From the NCBI GenBank assembly GCA_963675785.1, contig OY776562.1, positions 1,696,001 through 1,760,000 on the forward strand: a DNA stretch of 64,000 bases, given 5' to 3'. The notes beneath the pieces were generated by a model that worked only from the letters and a program-made list of their open reading frames with translations, had not been told where the DNA came from and did not search any database. The translations under genes and the position numbers were made by a program. Below are positions 1 to 9,040 of this stretch, in pieces (positions within the stretch are counted from its first letter, which is position 1; every line of letters begins with the position of its first letter). The DNA is from Anaerolineae bacterium (lineage in GTDB: Bacteria; Chloroflexota; Anaerolineae; UBA1429).

Positions 1-225
1 GTGTCTCTCAGTCTCGAAATGGGCCTCATGAAGGTAATAGACCACCAAAATGTGGGAGAACTCGGAAAGCCCCGTCAAGCCAGCCTCATACTGAGGGTCA
101 AGCACTAGCAAGCTCACATCATCGCCCCAGCCAGTGTCCTTTTTTTCGTTGATTCCGTTCTCCACATGGCCGATTGATTCCAGTTGGATGATCATAGAGT
201 CTCCCTGCATAGCAAACGCACTCGC

Positions 226-687
226 CTAGCACGATGTATCATAGTAAACCACAATAGCTGTACCCTGCTCGAAATCCAGGAATTTGCGGTACGGCTGGCC
301 TTTTTCATAACACCACAGCGTGATCAGGCGAGGCGATATCTCGATGAGTACCTCGTTGGCCATGTGGGTGTACTTGGCAAATGAATCTGGATAGTGCACC
401 TCAAAAAGCCGCGCGAAAAAGGCATTTTTCTCGGCAAGTGGGTGACCCAAGATACGGCACTGTCCCTCAATCTGGATATTATTCACACACAAAGCTGCCC
501 TGGGGTTCTCGGCAATCTGGGCATATTTGGTAAACGCCTTGTCTGTCTGCAGGTAAAAGCGCTGATTCGAGATGATACAGCTCATCATGCGAGCAGTCGG
601 ACGATTTTGTGAGCATGTCGCCAGGGCCATTTTTGGGCTCTCGCCTAATGATTCGAACAAAGCATCCCATTCTTGGATGAAATCCAT
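226..687 (-). CDS. Pyridoxamine 5'-phosphate oxidase family (FMN-binding split barrel) protein
   Basis: MALATCSQNRPTARMM..FYLQTDKAFTKYAQIAENPRAALC pattern typical of PNPOx-like proteins. Confidence 0.8.
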   Translation of the reverse strand: MDFIQEWDALFESLGESPKMALATCSQNRPTARMMSCIISNQRFYLQTDKAFTKYAQIAENPRAALCVNNIQIEGQCRILGHPLAEKNAFFARLFEVHYPDSFAKYTHMANEVLIEISPRLITLWCYEKGQPYRKFLDFEQGTAIVVYYDTSC

Positions 688-746
688 GCTCCCCTGCCCT
701 CGTGTATGATCTTCCTACGCTTGACTACTCTCAATATCAACCGTAG

Positions 747-774
747 CAACGCCCCGCTTTGCAGCGGGGCGTTG
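747..774 (-). terminator. 12-bp GC-rich hairpin downstream of the SH3 gene
   Basis: caacgccccgct-ttgc-agcggggcgttg; GCAA loop on the minus strand; no clear U-tract. Confidence 0.5.
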
Positions 775-805
775 GGGTATTGCATCAGAACAGGCATACT
801 GCCCG

Positions 806-1405
806 CTACTCAACTTGCAAGAGATAATCCATAACCGCCCAGAGTTTTTGGCCAGAATAGACAATTTCTGCCCAGGTATAACCATCAGCTGTAGCGGTGT
901 TAGAGGTAGCATTGAGGATAGTGCCACGCGGGGCTATAGTCACCACATCGTAGGCAGTGCCCGCTCCCTCACGCAGCTTGAGTCCATAATAGGCTGTTAC
1001 CTTGTACTGCACAGCACCATCGGGGGTAGCGGTCTCATCAGGCATATCCTCATAGCCGCTCAAATACTCGGCGGCACAAAAGCCCTCATATTGCGTACCA
1101 TTGCGTTCCGCATAGACATAGGCCCACCAAATACCATCATCATATACGGGGCCGGCACAGGGAAAAACCGTCTCTCCCTTGGCCAATACAAGAATAACCG
1201 AATCGGAGGTGCTGGGGCCCTCACGCAGGCGCAACCCCAGGCTAGAAACCGTCGCAGTAGAAGCATCCGCGACTGTATCCGAACTGATGGTGGTGGTCCC
1301 TACATCGCCTGGCATAGGGCGTGGCGGTGCCGCTGAGACATTCAGCGGTGTAATCAGCATAGCAACCAGCGCCATGATCAATATGATGAGCCGAAGAAAC
1401 TTCAT
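806..1405 (-). CDS. Secreted protein with two bacterial SH3 (SH3b) domains
   Basis: Signal peptide MKFLRLIILIMALVAML..VSA; two LRLREGP/LKLREGAG..W repeats; AAGGAG RBS before the ATG at 1405. Confidence 0.8.
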   Translation of the reverse strand: MKFLRLIILIMALVAMLITPLNVSAAPPRPMPGDVGTTTISSDTVADASTATVSSLGLRLREGPSTSDSVILVLAKGETVFPCAGPVYDDGIWWAYVYAERNGTQYEGFCAAEYLSGYEDMPDETATPDGAVQYKVTAYYGLKLREGAGTAYDVVTIAPRGTILNATSNTATADGYTWAEIVYSGQKLWAVMDYLLQVE

Positions 1406-1609
1406 TTTACGACTCCTTGTGTCAGCCAATATAACAGTGCACCATTCTAGCCACGATCAGAGTTTCAAAGGGCGATTCCATGTCAACAATGTAACATCGG
1501 CCGGGTTGTCGGTCAAGGTCACTAAGCGCCCTCTCTCGACACAAAGCATGCTTTCAAACAGTGGAACTCTTGAAATAAACAAAGCGTCGTGAAAAAAGAG
1601 TGATCGTAG

Positions 1610-1638
1610 TTGACGGATAGGCTCTGGCTTGATAGGAT
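1610..1638 (+). promoter_or_regulatory. Sigma70-type promoter for the PA14 gene
   Basis: TTGACG-17nt-TAGGAT with extended TG; a 13-bp leader hairpin follows at about 1680-1710. Confidence 0.55.
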
Positions 1639-1734
1639 GACACTAGTGTCGCAGACGGACACAGGTGCACAAGGCACAGACTGCAATCTTCAAGCGCTGA
1701 GGATTGCGGTTGACTTGCGAGGACGGAGGAAGAG

Positions 1735-3069
1735 ATGGATCAAAGGAAAAACACGCGGCTCTGGTTTTGGGGAACATTCGCCCTGGCCTTGATGCTCATC
1801 GTTCTGCCTACGGGCATTGCCAACGCCCTAGAGGGATACCAGATATTCATCCCCGAGCTCCACAAAGACCCAACTCCCACACCAGACCCTGGCTGGAAGA
1901 TAGAGTATTTCAACAACCTCGATCTTTCGGGGTCCGCCGTTTTGACAACCTATGCAGACGTTACTGCACCTGCTTATGACTGGGGTGAAAACGCTCCCGC
2001 TTCTGGCGTCAATGCTGACTATTTCTCCGCTCGCATGTCGCGCAATGTCACCTTTGAAGCTGGCAACTATCAGATCTGCCTTTCTATGGATGACATGGGG
2101 CGTCTTTGGATCGATGGTACCCTGGTGATTGACCAGTGGGCTACCGGATCAGACCGCGGTATTCAAACCAAAGTATGGGAAGGTTATCTGAGTGGCGGAA
2201 GTCACGAGATCGTCATCGAATATCGCGACTATACCAAAGAGGCCCGAGTTCGCCTAGTCTGGTTCAACAAAGACGTTTACTCTGGGTGGAAGGCCGAATA
2301 CTTTAACAATGACAGCGTCAGCGGCGATCCCGTCTTGGTTCAGAATGAAACGACACTCTACCATGACTGGAATGATGGCAGTCCCAGCTCCGCCATCAAC
2401 AATGATTATTTCTCGGCACGCTATACCAAAGCTGTCTATATTGAAGATGGTGGCATGTACGTCTTCCAGGTCATGGGGGACGATGGTGCGCGTGTATGGA
2501 TCGATAGCTGGACAGACCCGAGTGACCCCAGTATCGATTGTTGGGAGGGCAACCCCAGCACCACTATCTCTAACGTCGAGATTCTAGATCCGGGATGGTA
2601 TCTGATCACCGTCGAATATCACGAGTTCACTTCAAGTGCCGAGTTTGCCTTTAGCCAAACTTATGGCGCCACCACTTATGGGTACCGAGTCGAGTATTAC
2701 GACAATGCGAACCTCGAAGGCGACCCTGTGCTGGTGCAAGATGAATATCCCGAATCCACTAGTCAGTATGACCTCGAGTACATCTGGACCAACGGATCCC
2801 CCGTAGACGCAGTCTCAGATGACTATTTCTCGATGCGCTGGACACACACGTTGGAGCTTGCGCCGGGATCATACACTTTCCGGGCTCATATCGATGACGG
2901 CTGTCGCATCTATATCGATGGCAGGTTGATTTTGGATGCCTGGGAAGGCAAATCCATGAGTTGGGTATACGCAACAACCGAGCTCTATGGCGACGATCAC
3001 GCTCTGGTACTCGAATACAACGAGCTAGCAGGCGATGCCCATGTTACTTTTGACTGGTACAAGAACTAG
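1735..3069 (+). CDS. Secreted protein with three tandem PA14 domains
   Basis: Signal peptide, then three repeats of (W/Y)xxEY(F/Y)xN..W...SP/AP...DYFS.R...DD..R..ID...EY. Confidence 0.85.
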   Translation: MDQRKNTRLWFWGTFALALMLIVLPTGIANALEGYQIFIPELHKDPTPTPDPGWKIEYFNNLDLSGSAVLTTYADVTAPAYDWGENAPASGVNADYFSARMSRNVTFEAGNYQICLSMDDMGRLWIDGTLVIDQWATGSDRGIQTKVWEGYLSGGSHEIVIEYRDYTKEARVRLVWFNKDVYSGWKAEYFNNDSVSGDPVLVQNETTLYHDWNDGSPSSAINNDYFSARYTKAVYIEDGGMYVFQVMGDDGARVWIDSWTDPSDPSIDCWEGNPSTTISNVEILDPGWYLITVEYHEFTSSAEFAFSQTYGATTYGYRVEYYDNANLEGDPVLVQDEYPESTSQYDLEYIWTNGSPVDAVSDDYFSMRWTHTLELAPGSYTFRAHIDDGCRIYIDGRLILDAWEGKSMSWVYATTELYGDDHALVLEYNELAGDAHVTFDWYKN

Positions 3070-3097
3070 GGCACTAACCAATAGACAAGTTTCGTTC

Positions 3098-3131
3098 AAC
3101 AAAGCGCGGCATTAGCCGCGCTTTGTTCTTT
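3098..3131 (+). terminator. Rho-independent terminator of the PA14 gene
   Basis: aacaaagcgcggc-atta-gccgcgctttgtt followed by cttt. Confidence 0.75.
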
Positions 3132-3157
3132 GCTCAGCCCGATATCTACATGCAAAC

Positions 3158-3187
3158 AAAAAAGGCGGGGCATGATGCCCCGCCTTT
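3158..3187 (-). terminator. Rho-independent terminator of the hybrid kinase gene
   Basis: aaaggcggggcat-g-atgccccgccttt with an A-run on the left (U-tract on the minus strand). Confidence 0.75.
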
Positions 3188-3197
3188 CATCAAACGT

Positions 3198-6100
3198 TTA
3201 ATTGAGCACCGATTCAAGTGCGGTAGCCAATGCCGATGGGGTAAAGGGCTTGCTCACAAAGTAGGCTCCCTGGGCGATGACTTGCTGAGCAACCGCCGAA
3301 TTATCGCCATAACCCGACATGTAGATCACTGGCAGGCCGGGCATATCCCTAACAAGGCGCTCGTACAAACTGGCCGAAGAGAGTCCGGGCAATACCACAT
3401 CAGTGAGCAGCACATCGATCTTGCCAGAAACCGGTGCAAGTTCCAGAGCCATCTCGGCGTCTTCGGCAGCGATAACGCGACAACCCAGGCGCTCAAGCAT
3501 ACGCGTGGCCAGAATGCGCACATCGGATTCATCTTCAACCAACAACACCGTACGTTGTTCACCCTCCTGCAAAGAGTCAACCTGAGAGATAGTAGGGGTC
3601 GGTTTGACAGGAGCCGTCAACACATCCGATACAAGCGGCAGGTAAACATCAAAGGTAGTGCCCTTGCCAGACTCTGAGTGAGCCTCGATGTATCCATCGG
3701 CCTGGGTAATGATGGCGTACACTGTAGCCAGCCCCAGCCCCGTACCCTCGCCAATATCCTTGGTGGTAAAGAAGGGCTCGAACATGTGCTCCATAACTTC
3801 GGGAGTCATACCAACCCCCGTATCCGAAACGGAAAGCCGTGCAAAAGCTCGTGTACCAGTGGCTTTATCGCAAAGAGCATCGGGGAGATCGCTCGATTCA
3901 ACACGGTGCAGTGAGAGGTTCAATTTGCCGCCATTGGGCATGGCGTCGCGGGCATTCACAGCCAGGCTAACCACAGCCTGTTGTAGTTGAGCAACATCTA
4001 TGAGCACAGGGAGCGGTTCTCCCGCCAGATCCAGCACCAACTCAATGCGTTCATCGAGGACAGAACCGACAAACTGCCGGGCCCGTTCCATCTCATGATT
4101 CAAATCGATCCGCCGAACGCTAAGTACGCGCTGGCGCCCGAATTCAAGCAGTTGGCCAGTCAATTCCGCTGCACGCATGCCAGCATTGAGAATGGCCAGC
4201 ACGTCCTCACGTTGAGGATCATCACCCGGCATGCTGCTCAGCAAAAACTGGCTGTACCCGTTGATTACAGTAAGCAAGTTGTTATAGTGGTGAGCAATGC
4301 CGCCAGCGAGCTGGCCAAGGCTCTCCATCTTGCTGGAAATGCGGAATTGCCGTTCATATTCGCGCCTGGGGGTAATATCCCGAGCGATGCCCATTACACT
4401 TTTGGCCTCTCCGTCCGACGCACGATACACAGACACTTTGGCCTCCATCATAGCCTCTCGCCCCGTCTTCGTTTGCAGTGCCAACTCCAACGTGAGTTCA
4501 CGATTGGTCGGCGAAAGCAGTAGTGCCGATACAGCAGCGTTTGCCGTGTCTCGCGAAGAAGGCGAGATAATCTCAAATACACTCGTGCCCACCAGCTCTT
4601 TGGGGATATAACCCAGAATTCGCTCAACCGAGGGGGCGACAAAAGTCAGAATGCCCTCGGGTGTGCATGACCAGACAATATCACTAGTGCCTTCGGCGTA
4701 GAGGCGATAACGCGCTTCGCTCTCTTCGAGAGCGCGCACGCGCAAGCGGTGGCTTACAGAAGCACCTAGTTGAATGGCAACAGTACGCATAAAAGCTGCA
4801 TCATCTGCCGAATAGGCTTTTTCGGATGTGTAACTCTGGATAGCAACCACGCCATAGGGCTGGCCATCTTCGACCAAGGGGGTACCAATATAAATACGCG
4901 GCACTCTGCCGCGAGCCTTGATGACGCCCTCGCCGGCCAGCTTGCGAATCTCGGGGTCGGTAAGAACAACCTGATCGCCCTTTTCGATAACGTATTCGGT
5001 GATGCCGCGATCAGAAGATCGACAAAGATTGGCGTTCATATCCGGCACGGCCAGGTTGGATTCAACATAATAGGGAAAACTGACCGCATTATCTTCTACA
5101 TCATACAAAGCAAGGTAGAGATTGGGAACCCGTATGGTACACTCTAGGTGGCTGTGCACCACCGCCATTAGCCCAGCTATTGTTTTGCAAGATGCGCCCG
5201 CCTCACAGATGGCATACAATACCTGATCCCGCAAGGCTTTCTCGTAACGGCGCTCTTCCAACGCCAGCGCTACTTCGGTTTCGCGCAGCAGGTTGACCTC
5301 GTGGTGCGTAGGAGTTTTATGATTGTCGAAAACCAGCCCAATCGCACCCTTTTTGTCGCGGTCTGCCTGAACACGGCGCGCACAATAAAGGAAAGGTCCC
5401 TGTACACCCTGGATGCCCTCAGTCAATACTTGAGGAAGTACCACGTCACGCAGAATCATTAGCCCATTGCTAGCTGCCAACGAAGAGGGAAGTTGCCCTG
5501 CACCATCCATTAAAATGCTGAAATCTGGCAGGATCTCATCCACATCTCTTTGAGAGATCAATGTATCACCAGACAAGCCTCGCTCGTACACGGCGCAAAG
5601 CGCACCTGAAGCCAGGCGCAATTCACGCAGTATGGTCTGCATATTGGTGAGGGAATCAGAAGTAAGATGATCCCAACAGCCCTCGAGCACCGTCCGCATC
5701 CTCTCACCGCCAACAGATTCGCTAAGCGAATCCACCGGAGCAGAAACACTGAGGATAGCTAAAACGGTGCCCTGAGCATCACGGAGGGGAAGTTTGCATG
5801 TGCTAACCGAACAGGCATACCCATCAAAGTTGAGCGTTTGGGGTAAACATCGGAATTCACCAGTTGTCGTAACAATGGTATCGGCATCAGCAAGTACGCC
5901 CAAACGGAATGTGTATTCGGCCTTGTTTGTATTTTGCAGGTAAGCATCACATTCGGGACTACAGGCCAAAAGTTGCCCCGATGTATCTGCCACATACGCG
6001 ACTGTATCGAGACTGCGCACCAGATCGCAGTACCAACTCAGTTCTGGGTCGAGGGTAATCGGATCTTTTTTAATATCAACAGGCAGAGGATTGACCTGAA

Positions 6101-6347
6101 TGCTCAGTGAGTGCATCCCCTGAGTATCCGTCGTGAATTCGACAGTGAATTGATAAGCAACCCCATCCTCAGCACGAACGACACCCTGTCTCGTTTGTCC
6201 CGATTCGGCAGCAGCACGCGCTGCATCTTGCACCGCTTTGCATACCGAAAGGGGCCAATCACAAGATTCGATGGCGGCCAAAACCGCGTCAAGGTCTGCA
6301 ACTTGATTGTTCTGCCTGAGAGAACGTTTACTCACCGATACCACCAA
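3198..6347 (-). CDS. Hybrid sensor histidine kinase (GAF-PAS-HisKA-HATPase-REC), CckA-like
   Basis: H-box LAGGIAHHYNNLL, N-box LAVNARDAM, DTGVGM, FEPFFTTK..GTGLGLA, C-terminal REC LLVEDE..LLTDVVLP..SKPF. Confidence 0.9.
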   Translation of the reverse strand: MVVSVSKRSLRQNNQVADLDAVLAAIESCDWPLSVCKAVQDAARAAAESGQTRQGVVRAEDGVAYQFTVEFTTDTQGMHSLSIQVNPLPVDIKKDPITLDPELSWYCDLVRSLDTVAYVADTSGQLLACSPECDAYLQNTNKAEYTFRLGVLADADTIVTTTGEFRCLPQTLNFDGYACSVSTCKLPLRDAQGTVLAILSVSAPVDSLSESVGGERMRTVLEGCWDHLTSDSLTNMQTILRELRLASGALCAVYERGLSGDTLISQRDVDEILPDFSILMDGAGQLPSSLAASNGLMILRDVVLPQVLTEGIQGVQGPFLYCARRVQADRDKKGAIGLVFDNHKTPTHHEVNLLRETEVALALEERRYEKALRDQVLYAICEAGASCKTIAGLMAVVHSHLECTIRVPNLYLALYDVEDNAVSFPYYVESNLAVPDMNANLCRSSDRGITEYVIEKGDQVVLTDPEIRKLAGEGVIKARGRVPRIYIGTPLVEDGQPYGVVAIQSYTSEKAYSADDAAFMRTVAIQLGASVSHRLRVRALEESEARYRLYAEGTSDIVWSCTPEGILTFVAPSVERILGYIPKELVGTSVFEIISPSSRDTANAAVSALLLSPTNRELTLELALQTKTGREAMMEAKVSVYRASDGEAKSVMGIARDITPRREYERQFRISSKMESLGQLAGGIAHHYNNLLTVINGYSQFLLSSMPGDDPQREDVLAILNAGMRAAELTGQLLEFGRQRVLSVRRIDLNHEMERARQFVGSVLDERIELVLDLAGEPLPVLIDVAQLQQAVVSLAVNARDAMPNGGKLNLSLHRVESSDLPDALCDKATGTRAFARLSVSDTGVGMTPEVMEHMFEPFFTTKDIGEGTGLGLATVYAIITQADGYIEAHSESGKGTTFDVYLPLVSDVLTAPVKPTPTISQVDSLQEGEQRTVLLVEDESDVRILATRMLERLGCRVIAAEDAEMALELAPVSGKIDVLLTDVVLPGLSSASLYERLVRDMPGLPVIYMSGYGDNSAVAQQVIAQGAYFVSKPFTPSALATALESVLN

Positions 6348-6574
6348 TCAGGCTATCCAGAAGAGATTCGCAGCAACGCTACGTATCGTTTGCATGTATC
6401 TAGTTACATTTTAACGACATAATTGCATATATCCGTAAACAATGAGTGAAGTACTCATTAAGTATTCCTATATATTGGTGTTCGTGTTGCCTCTACAATG
6501 GCACCCATATAGAATAACACAGGTACATGGTGGTTACTATTTAAAGCGCAAGATACTGAAAAAGGCAAAATGAC

Positions 6575-7411
6575 GTGAGTGCAAACAATTCCCAACTTTC
6601 GATGACGACAGACTATGCCTCTAGCTTGGGGAGCCCCCTACCCGCGTTGGAGCGCATCGCGCAGGCGGGCTTTACTCATATCCACTGGTGTCATCAATGG
6701 AACACGGATTTTGTGTACACAGAACCCGAGATCGAACAGATCAAGCGTTGGATGAAAGAGCTGAATTTGCTGATGTGCGATCTGCACGCCTCTGCCGGCA
6801 GAGAGAAATGCTGGTATTCGTCTGAGGAATACGAACGTCAAGCTGGCGTACTACTGGTAGAAAATCGCCTGCGCATGACAGCCGAACTCGGCGGCGATGT
6901 GATCATCATGCACGCCCCCGCCGCTCCACTAGATGAGGAGACCGCCCAAATCTACTGGGATGCCCTATGGCGTTCAATAGATGCGCTAGCCCCCTGTTCG
7001 CAGAAGACAGGCGTGCGTATTGCTGTGGAAAACGGCAGCCCCGACCAGTGGGACACCATTCGGCGTGTGTTGGAACGCTATCCTGCAGATTACATTGGGC
7101 TTTGCTATGATTGCGGCCATGGCAACCTGAGCGAAGAAGGGCTAACCTTGGCCGAGAAATACGCCAGCCGGCTCATATCGGTTCATCTTCACGACAATGA
7201 CGGCGCAGGTGATCAGCATAATCTCATCTACAGCGGCACCATCAACTGGGATCGTCTGGCCAAAATGATTGCCGGATCAACTTATGTCAAGCCGCTCAGT
7301 TTTGAGCTATCGATCAAGAATACCGGCTATACCAATGAGGAAGCACTGCTGGCCGAAGCCATGCGTCGAGGCCTTGACCTGGACAAAAAGGTCGCATCCT
7401 ATCGCGCTTGA
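6575..7411 (+). CDS. Sugar phosphate isomerase/epimerase (xylose isomerase-like TIM barrel)
   Basis: IAVEN, CYDCGH, VHLHDNDG..DQH, G.I.W and FE metal-binding motifs. Confidence 0.85.
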   Translation: MSANNSQLSMTTDYASSLGSPLPALERIAQAGFTHIHWCHQWNTDFVYTEPEIEQIKRWMKELNLLMCDLHASAGREKCWYSSEEYERQAGVLLVENRLRMTAELGGDVIIMHAPAAPLDEETAQIYWDALWRSIDALAPCSQKTGVRIAVENGSPDQWDTIRRVLERYPADYIGLCYDCGHGNLSEEGLTLAEKYASRLISVHLHDNDGAGDQHNLIYSGTINWDRLAKMIAGSTYVKPLSFELSIKNTGYTNEEALLAEAMRRGLDLDKKVASYRA

Positions 7412-7437
7412 CAAAAGCATTGGCTGAGCTTTAACAT
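7408..7437 (+). promoter_or_regulatory. Sigma70-type promoter for the propeptide/subtilase operon
   Basis: TTGACA (overlapping the upstream stop codon)-18nt-TAACAT. Confidence 0.45.
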
Positions 7438-7469
7438 AAATAGCAAAGTTGAACCAGGAGGCAAGGCAG

Positions 7470-7724
7470 ATGGCACGTATGAGCAAGAACCTCGAAACCC
7501 AGTGTAAAGATCACCCTCGAACCTGGGTGAACCTCATTGTAGGTATTTCGGGTGATGCTGGCGAGCACGTTCAAGCAATGGAAAAGCGCGGCGTTCAGAT
7601 TCAGCGTCGCTTTCGACTTACAGGCAAGGTGGGCGTCAAAGCCACTGGCAAGATGGTCCTGGAACTCGCCCAGGCCCCATGGGTTACATCTATTGAAGAA
7701 GACAAGCCTGTTCACGCCCTCTAG
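7470..7724 (+). CDS. Free-standing subtilase propeptide-like (I9 inhibitor-like) small protein
   Basis: AGGAGG RBS; RRFRLTGKVGVKATGKMVLELAQAPWVTSIEEDKPVHA aligns with the propeptide of the next gene, RSFHLLPLAAMRATPSAIRALEDEPEVVRIYEDQMVYA. Confidence 0.7.
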   Translation: MARMSKNLETQCKDHPRTWVNLIVGISGDAGEHVQAMEKRGVQIQRRFRLTGKVGVKATGKMVLELAQAPWVTSIEEDKPVHAL

Positions 7725-7738
7725 CGGAGGTACGCCTT

Positions 7739-9040
7739 GTGTCTGACTCTCGGTCCAAGCTAACCCGAGGCCTGTATCTGTCTCTGTGCCAGGTCGAGGA
7801 TGAACCCCGCCCTCCCAGTCTGCCCATCATCGTCGAATATGCTGACCATTTGACGGTACGGCGTAGCGCAGTGGCCGGAACCTTTTTTGCGCGATCCTTC
7901 CATTTGCTGCCGCTGGCAGCCATGCGAGCCACGCCTTCTGCCATTCGCGCATTGGAAGATGAACCCGAAGTTGTGCGCATTTATGAAGACCAGATGGTCT
8001 ATGCCACGCTGGACTTTTCGGCGCCGCATATTAACGCGACACAAGCCTGGGATAGCGGTTATGATGGTTCAAACGTCAAGATTGCCATTATTGATACCGG
8101 CTTGGATGCCGACCATCCCGATTTTGCCGATCGCGTCATCGACATGGCCGACTTTACTGGTGAGGGACACGGCGACCTGAACGGACACGGTACCCATTGT
8201 GCCAGCATCGCCGCAGGATCGGGTCAGGCCAGTGAGGGCAAGTATCGCGGTATCGCTCCGGGCGCCCACATTTATGTAGGCAAAGCGCTGGACCGCGATG
8301 GCGCAGGATCGATGAGCGATGTGATGACCGCTGTGGAATGGGCGGTTGATGCCGGTGTCGACGTCATCAGCCTTTCGTTGGGCAGCCCTGGCCCCTCTGA
8401 TGGCACTGATGCCCTGAGTGAGATTTGCGATGCCGCCGTCGATGCGGGTGTAGCCGTCTGTGTCGCGGCAGGCAACGAAGGCCCGGAACCTTATACTGTT
8501 GGCAGCCCCGGCGCTGCCAAAAATGCCATCACGGTGGGTGCGGCCAGTGACCTGGACCGTATTGCCTCGTTTTCGTCGCGCGGGCCCACTGCCGATGGAC
8601 GGCAAAAGCCGGATATTATCTTTCCCGGTGTCGAGATCACCGCAGCACGAGCCAACAGTACCTATATGGGCTCGATTGTGGATGATATGTATACCTCAGC
8701 CTCCGGCACTAGCATGGCTACGCCGCATTGCGCAGGAGCCTGTGCACTCATCATTCAGGCTCATCCCGGCATTACACCCATAGAAATCAAGCAAGTACTG
8801 CTCGGCACTGCTGTAGATCTCGGTGCCGAAGGTAATGCCCAGGGTTACGGTCGCGCAGATGTATGGGAAGCGCTGCAGGCCGATATCTCAGAGCCACTAC
8901 CGGAACCAGATCCCGATGAGCCAGATGAAAACGAACCCGACGATCCCTCTACCTCCAATCCGGGCTGCCTAGGATTGTTATTGGGCGCCTTGCCCGAAGA
9001 AGATGGCGAGACGACCCAAAGACGCCGATATGCTCGATAA
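7739..9040 (+). CDS. S8 subtilisin-family serine peptidase (AprX-like, no obvious signal peptide)
   Basis: Catalytic motifs IIDTG, HGTHCASIAAG, AAGN, SGTSMATPH; N-terminal propeptide; acidic Pro-rich tail. Confidence 0.95.
   Translation: MSDSRSKLTRGLYLSLCQVEDEPRPPSLPIIVEYADHLTVRRSAVAGTFFARSFHLLPLAAMRATPSAIRALEDEPEVVRIYEDQMVYATLDFSAPHINATQAWDSGYDGSNVKIAIIDTGLDADHPDFADRVIDMADFTGEGHGDLNGHGTHCASIAAGSGQASEGKYRGIAPGAHIYVGKALDRDGAGSMSDVMTAVEWAVDAGVDVISLSLGSPGPSDGTDALSEICDAAVDAGVAVCVAAGNEGPEPYTVGSPGAAKNAITVGAASDLDRIASFSSRGPTADGRQKPDIIFPGVEITAARANSTYMGSIVDDMYTSASGTSMATPHCAGACALIIQAHPGITPIEIKQVLLGTAVDLGAEGNAQGYGRADVWEALQADISEPLPEPDPDEPDENEPDDPSTSNPGCLGLLLGALPEEDGETTQRRRYAR

Noticed and set aside
1-34. 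Window start ending ..gggcctcatgaag, reminiscent of a CRISPR repeat 3' end (ATTGAAG)
   Set aside because: Single copy, imperfect terminus, no spacer periodicity and no cas genes; it cannot be assessed without upstream sequence.
3628-3651. FDVYLPLV in the hybrid kinase as another instance of the putative sorting motif
   Set aside because: It is the normal last beta-strand of the HATPase domain in a cytoplasmic protein. It shows the motif can arise by chance, so enrichment must be tested.
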